This document shows positions 63,531-64,000 of a DNA stretch of 64,000 nucleotides, in pieces (the stretch's first letter is position 1; each line of letters starts with the position of its first letter). A program made the position numbers and the translations under genes. The DNA is from Phoronis australis (Eukaryota; Animalia; Phoronida), in NCBI GenBank assembly GCA_002633005.1, contig NMRA01000733.1, positions 95,320 through 159,319 on the forward strand, written 5' to 3'. The notes beneath the pieces were generated by a model that was not told where the DNA came from, did not search any database, and saw only the letters and a list, made by a program, of their open reading frames with translations.

Positions 63531-64000
63531 TCAACCGACCTCTTTATTCACCTCTTTCACGAATGCGGGGCGCTGCTGTCGTGTTGATCGAAAACGAGGC
63601 GCCTTGACAAACATGGCATCGTCCTGCAAGGTGGTGTGGTCAAAAGACTTATCAACGTTACCAAAAATCAAGTTGTCTGATGTTGAATCGATCTCCAAAA
63701 AACATACCAATACTTACGGCAACTAGACTTTTACCCTCCTCAGCCATTCCTTAGTAGTTTTCCCTCTTTTGAAAAAGTGTGGAAGTCAGGGATATACCCG
63801 GCCCAGGCTTTTAGTCTTGAAAAACCCTACTCGCCAGCTGGGCGAGTGCCAGAGCCAGAAAATCTACTCGCCAAGCCCGAAGTTCGGTCACCCGGCCATT
63901 GGCATCAGTCACCACAAACTTGCTGCTAATTTAAATAAAAATCATCGTTTCGTGCACTGATGTCACCATCTATTAGGGCTACCGTATTCGCTCTAATAAG

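Overview
AT-rich, intron-containing animal genomic DNA, probably a marine invertebrate (the species cannot be determined from sequence). It is not prokaryotic, so most ORF-track entries are spurious and real genes were assembled by hand from GT-AG exons. Five host genes are supported: the last six exons of 6-phosphofructokinase (+), a complete two-exon BAG3-like co-chaperone (+) with a heat-shock element, PAQR3 (-, six coding exons), coilin (+, six exons, head-to-head with PAQR3) and the last four exons of CENP-M (-). Introns and intergenic DNA carry many repeats: four non-autonomous Kolobok-type transposons (TTAA target site, THAP and KolX-like relics), Harbinger and Tc1-like MITEs, a Penelope-like retroelement with an inverted terminal repeat and a hammerhead-like hairpin, DIRS/Ngaro and LINE fragments, and many minisatellites. 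The least explained region is 10.5-14.9 kb. It is a roughly 4.4-kb two-armed inverted array of about 13 units, each with a conserved stem-loop core (often next to TGACGTCA) and spacers of variable length. All coordinates were read by eye and no searches were run.
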